A DNA stretch of 62,520 bases, counting the filler, from Candidatus Methanoxibalbensis ujae (lineage in GTDB: Archaea; Halobacteriota; Syntropharchaeia; Alkanophagales; Methanospirareceae): assembly GCA_026134085.1 (NCBI GenBank). It is 5 parts of 5 records of this genome, joined end to end, with 100 filler letters (N's around TTAATTAATTAA, not from the genome) between each part and the next. Parts side by side here need not be neighbours in the genome. Positions count along the whole stretch, not along the records: positions 57,122 to 62,520 come from JAOQIN010000006.1; 4 more parts are not named here. The stretch is one strand, 5' to 3'. The translations under genes were made by a program, and so were the position numbers. The stretch's first letter is position 1. Each line of letters begins with the position of its first letter. Shown here one piece after another: positions 60,719-62,520 of the stretch. Under the pieces are notes generated by a model. That model worked only from the letters and a program-made list of their open reading frames with translations, was not told the DNA's origin and did not search any database.

Positions 60719-60778
60719 TTCCCTCCACCTCTTTCCTGTCCATCACATCTGACTCGCATTTCCTTCATCTCCATGTCA

Positions 60779-61186
60779 TCATGATGTATGCCACAAAACT
60801 TCAAAACCTCCGCTTGTTTCATCTCCCTCTATGACCACTCTATGAATGCCGCTGGCACGCACTGGAATTTCCACATCTCCTCTCCGACTGTGATTCAGAG
60901 AGACTGCCCACAGGAGATTTTCCTCGGGATCAATGACGCGTATGTGAAGTGTGCCCCTTCTGACAGTTGCATTGAAAGATAGAGATATGTTTTCGCCGCG
61001 AGATGCCTGAAGAATTCCGCTCTCCACTCCTGAGAAAATAGTGTATGTGTATGCGATATGCCCCGGCACATTATATCCCGCAAATCCCACACGAATCTCG
61101 CCCACACGACCACGATCAAACGGATGCAGGAGCAGAAGGATCACAATGAGAAACACAATCAGAGCAACCACATATACTCCTCTCAT
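60779..61186 (-). CDS. Hypothetical small exported/membrane-anchored beta-sandwich protein
   Basis: N-terminal TM then beta-rich domain; SD-like GAGGAGGGG upstream. Confidence 0.7.
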   Translation of the reverse strand: MRGVYVVALIVFLIVILLLLHPFDRGRVGEIRVGFAGYNVPGHIAYTYTIFSGVESGILQASRGENISLSFNATVRRGTLHIRVIDPEENLLWAVSLNHSRRGDVEIPVRASGIHRVVIEGDETSGGFEVLWHTS

Positions 61187-61244
61187 ACAATCCCCTCCTC
61201 TCACAGCTCAGCGAGAGGGTTGGCCCGCTGTCCTCTGTCAGCTG

Positions 61245-61670
61245 TCAGTATTCAAAGTTGAGAGTCCTTCCTTCTCTTCCTCCTTCTCCTTCACTCGCCC
61301 CTCTGTTCCACTGACGCCTCCCTGTTTCCGTTGCTATCTCCTTTTCCAAATCCGTCCCCTCATCATAGAGATCATCTGTCAGGTCCTCAACAAAGCATTC
61401 TTCAACGAGTTCTCTGATTGAGTTCAGCAGGGACATCGCCCTTTCACGGTCATATGGAAAATTTATTGTTTTGCGCGCCCATCTGCTCTCAACAATCCTG
61501 TCGCCGTCCATCTGCTGAACCCAGTGTGTCTCAATTGATAGAAATTTCCCGTAATCACCTTCCTTCACGAATCCCCGCAACACCTGACGAGGTGCCCCGT
61601 CGCTGTCTCGCATAAGCACACGATATCCCACATCACGGATAACTCTCACCTTCGGTCTCATGTCATTCAT
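61245..61670 (-). CDS. Hypothetical protein with acidic C-terminal tail
   Basis: 141-aa ORF with ATG start, genome-typical composition and a TTTAAA promoter-like element upstream. Confidence 0.7.
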   Translation of the reverse strand: MNDMRPKVRVIRDVGYRVLMRDSDGAPRQVLRGFVKEGDYGKFLSIETHWVQQMDGDRIVESRWARKTINFPYDRERAMSLLNSIRELVEECFVEDLTDDLYDEGTDLEKEIATETGRRQWNRGASEGEGGREGRTLNFEY

Positions 61671-62251
61671 GCTACTCTCTTAAATGAGTGTGTTTAAAGA
61701 GTTTCTCCTTTTCAGCACGCAGCCGACCCCTCCATCAGCTTTGAATGCTGAAGTTTATCTCATGCAGAAGATCCATGCAGAAGATGCAAAAACGTGGCTG
61801 CTATTCATGTTTACTCGTTCTGGACACCAATAACATCTCCCGTTTTAATTTCCTGCCCGTCTGTTAAAGCAGAGGCCTCTCATGCAGAACATATGATCAT
61901 ATTGCTCACACCAGATGGGTGCTATTATAAGAATGCACAGCACAGATTTTTGTGAGCTGTAATTTCGTGCAGAAAAATAAGTTGCCGAGGGCAATTTGGG
62001 CGATGCCTTTCATGTTGATCAGGTTGAAGTCAGCTTTCTCTTACCTCTCAACTCCATGTTTTTCAGTCAAACCTGTTTTTCAGCCAGATAACGGACAACT
62101 GACAGAGGCAGAGAGTATAGATCTCCCGGTTGCTCCGTGATGGATGAAACATTATTAGAAGTGGCTTAATTATCATTCTTAGATTAGAGATGAGGAGAAT
62201 CTGTCTCTGAAAGCTGATAAATTTTTAAATTTTAGGATGATGTTGCTGCTG

Positions 62252-62520
62252 ATCCCCTCCTTTTCAAAGGAGGGATACAGCAGGGGAGGCGGGCGGGAAA
62301 GATTTTTAAGTAGAAATATACTAAAAATTAATGAAACTGACTTGACTGTCAAGTGCGAGCTCACAGGTTTGACGAGGCGGAAGAGGGAGTTACTGGATAG
62401 GGAGTATGATAAAGTATTGGCTTGAAACGGGAAAAGATAGAGGGCTATATTCAGCATACAAGATGCGAAGTGGCTATACAAGAAGGCGAAGCGGATGAAA
62501 GGGGTTCCAATAAGGAAAGA
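62252..62520 (+). mobile_element. TnpB-like (IS200/IS605, Cas12f-related clade) 5' pseudogene with upstream hairpin, runs off window
   Basis: Hairpin ATCCCCTCCTTT/AAAGGAGGGAT at 62252-62276. From ATG 62331 the frameshifted reading is MKLT-VKCELTGLTRRKRELLDREYD…LYSA…PIRK. Confidence 0.6.

Noticed and set aside
61900..62160. Possible degraded gene fragment on the minus strand
   Set aside because: Only vague protein-like stretches; no family could be assigned

Overview
Archaeal sequence, inferred to come from an MCR/ACR-bearing Methanomicrobia-type lineage such as ANME-1 or Alkanophagales relatives. The inference rests on methanogenesis markers 5, 8 and 15, a PGF-CTERM sorting signal, mevalonate kinase, and cohesin/dockerin surface proteins. 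The window is five contigs joined by artificial 100-nt N/TTAATTAATTAA/N linkers, so adjacency across linkers is not biological. Contig 1 (1-14359) is an AT-rich glycan-tailoring cluster: ATP-grasp ligase, phosphatidylserine-decarboxylase family, DegT, two WbqC, two PIG-L, CapK-like ligase, FkbM, FemAB-like GNAT and GT2, with a dead VapBC pair. Contig 2 (14460-28770) has a >3000-aa CARDB/DUF3344 membrane-anchored surface protein followed by an ExbB/MotA-like and DUF2149 (ExbD-like) pair. It also has a PGF-CTERM rhodanese, marker 8, an orphan Fe/B12-type ABC ATPase and an IS6 relic. Contig 3 (28871-42941) has a 1985-aa disaggregatase-like beta-helix protein with both cohesin and dockerin, a candidate ~180-nt structured ncRNA, chorismate mutase, RimI, Rad50 and CobS. 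It ends with a NikK/NikL-like locus whose cbiM/nikM gene survives only as two fragments, one on each side of the nikK-like gene. Contig 4 (43042-57021) holds a second glycosylation cluster, aroE, an S16 protease, an M20 peptidase and a tnpB tail. Contig 5 (57122-62520) holds a HAD hydrolase, mvk, markers 15 and 5, two hypotheticals and a tnpB head. No rRNA, tRNA or CRISPR array was seen. All family calls come from motif recognition by eye, not database searches.
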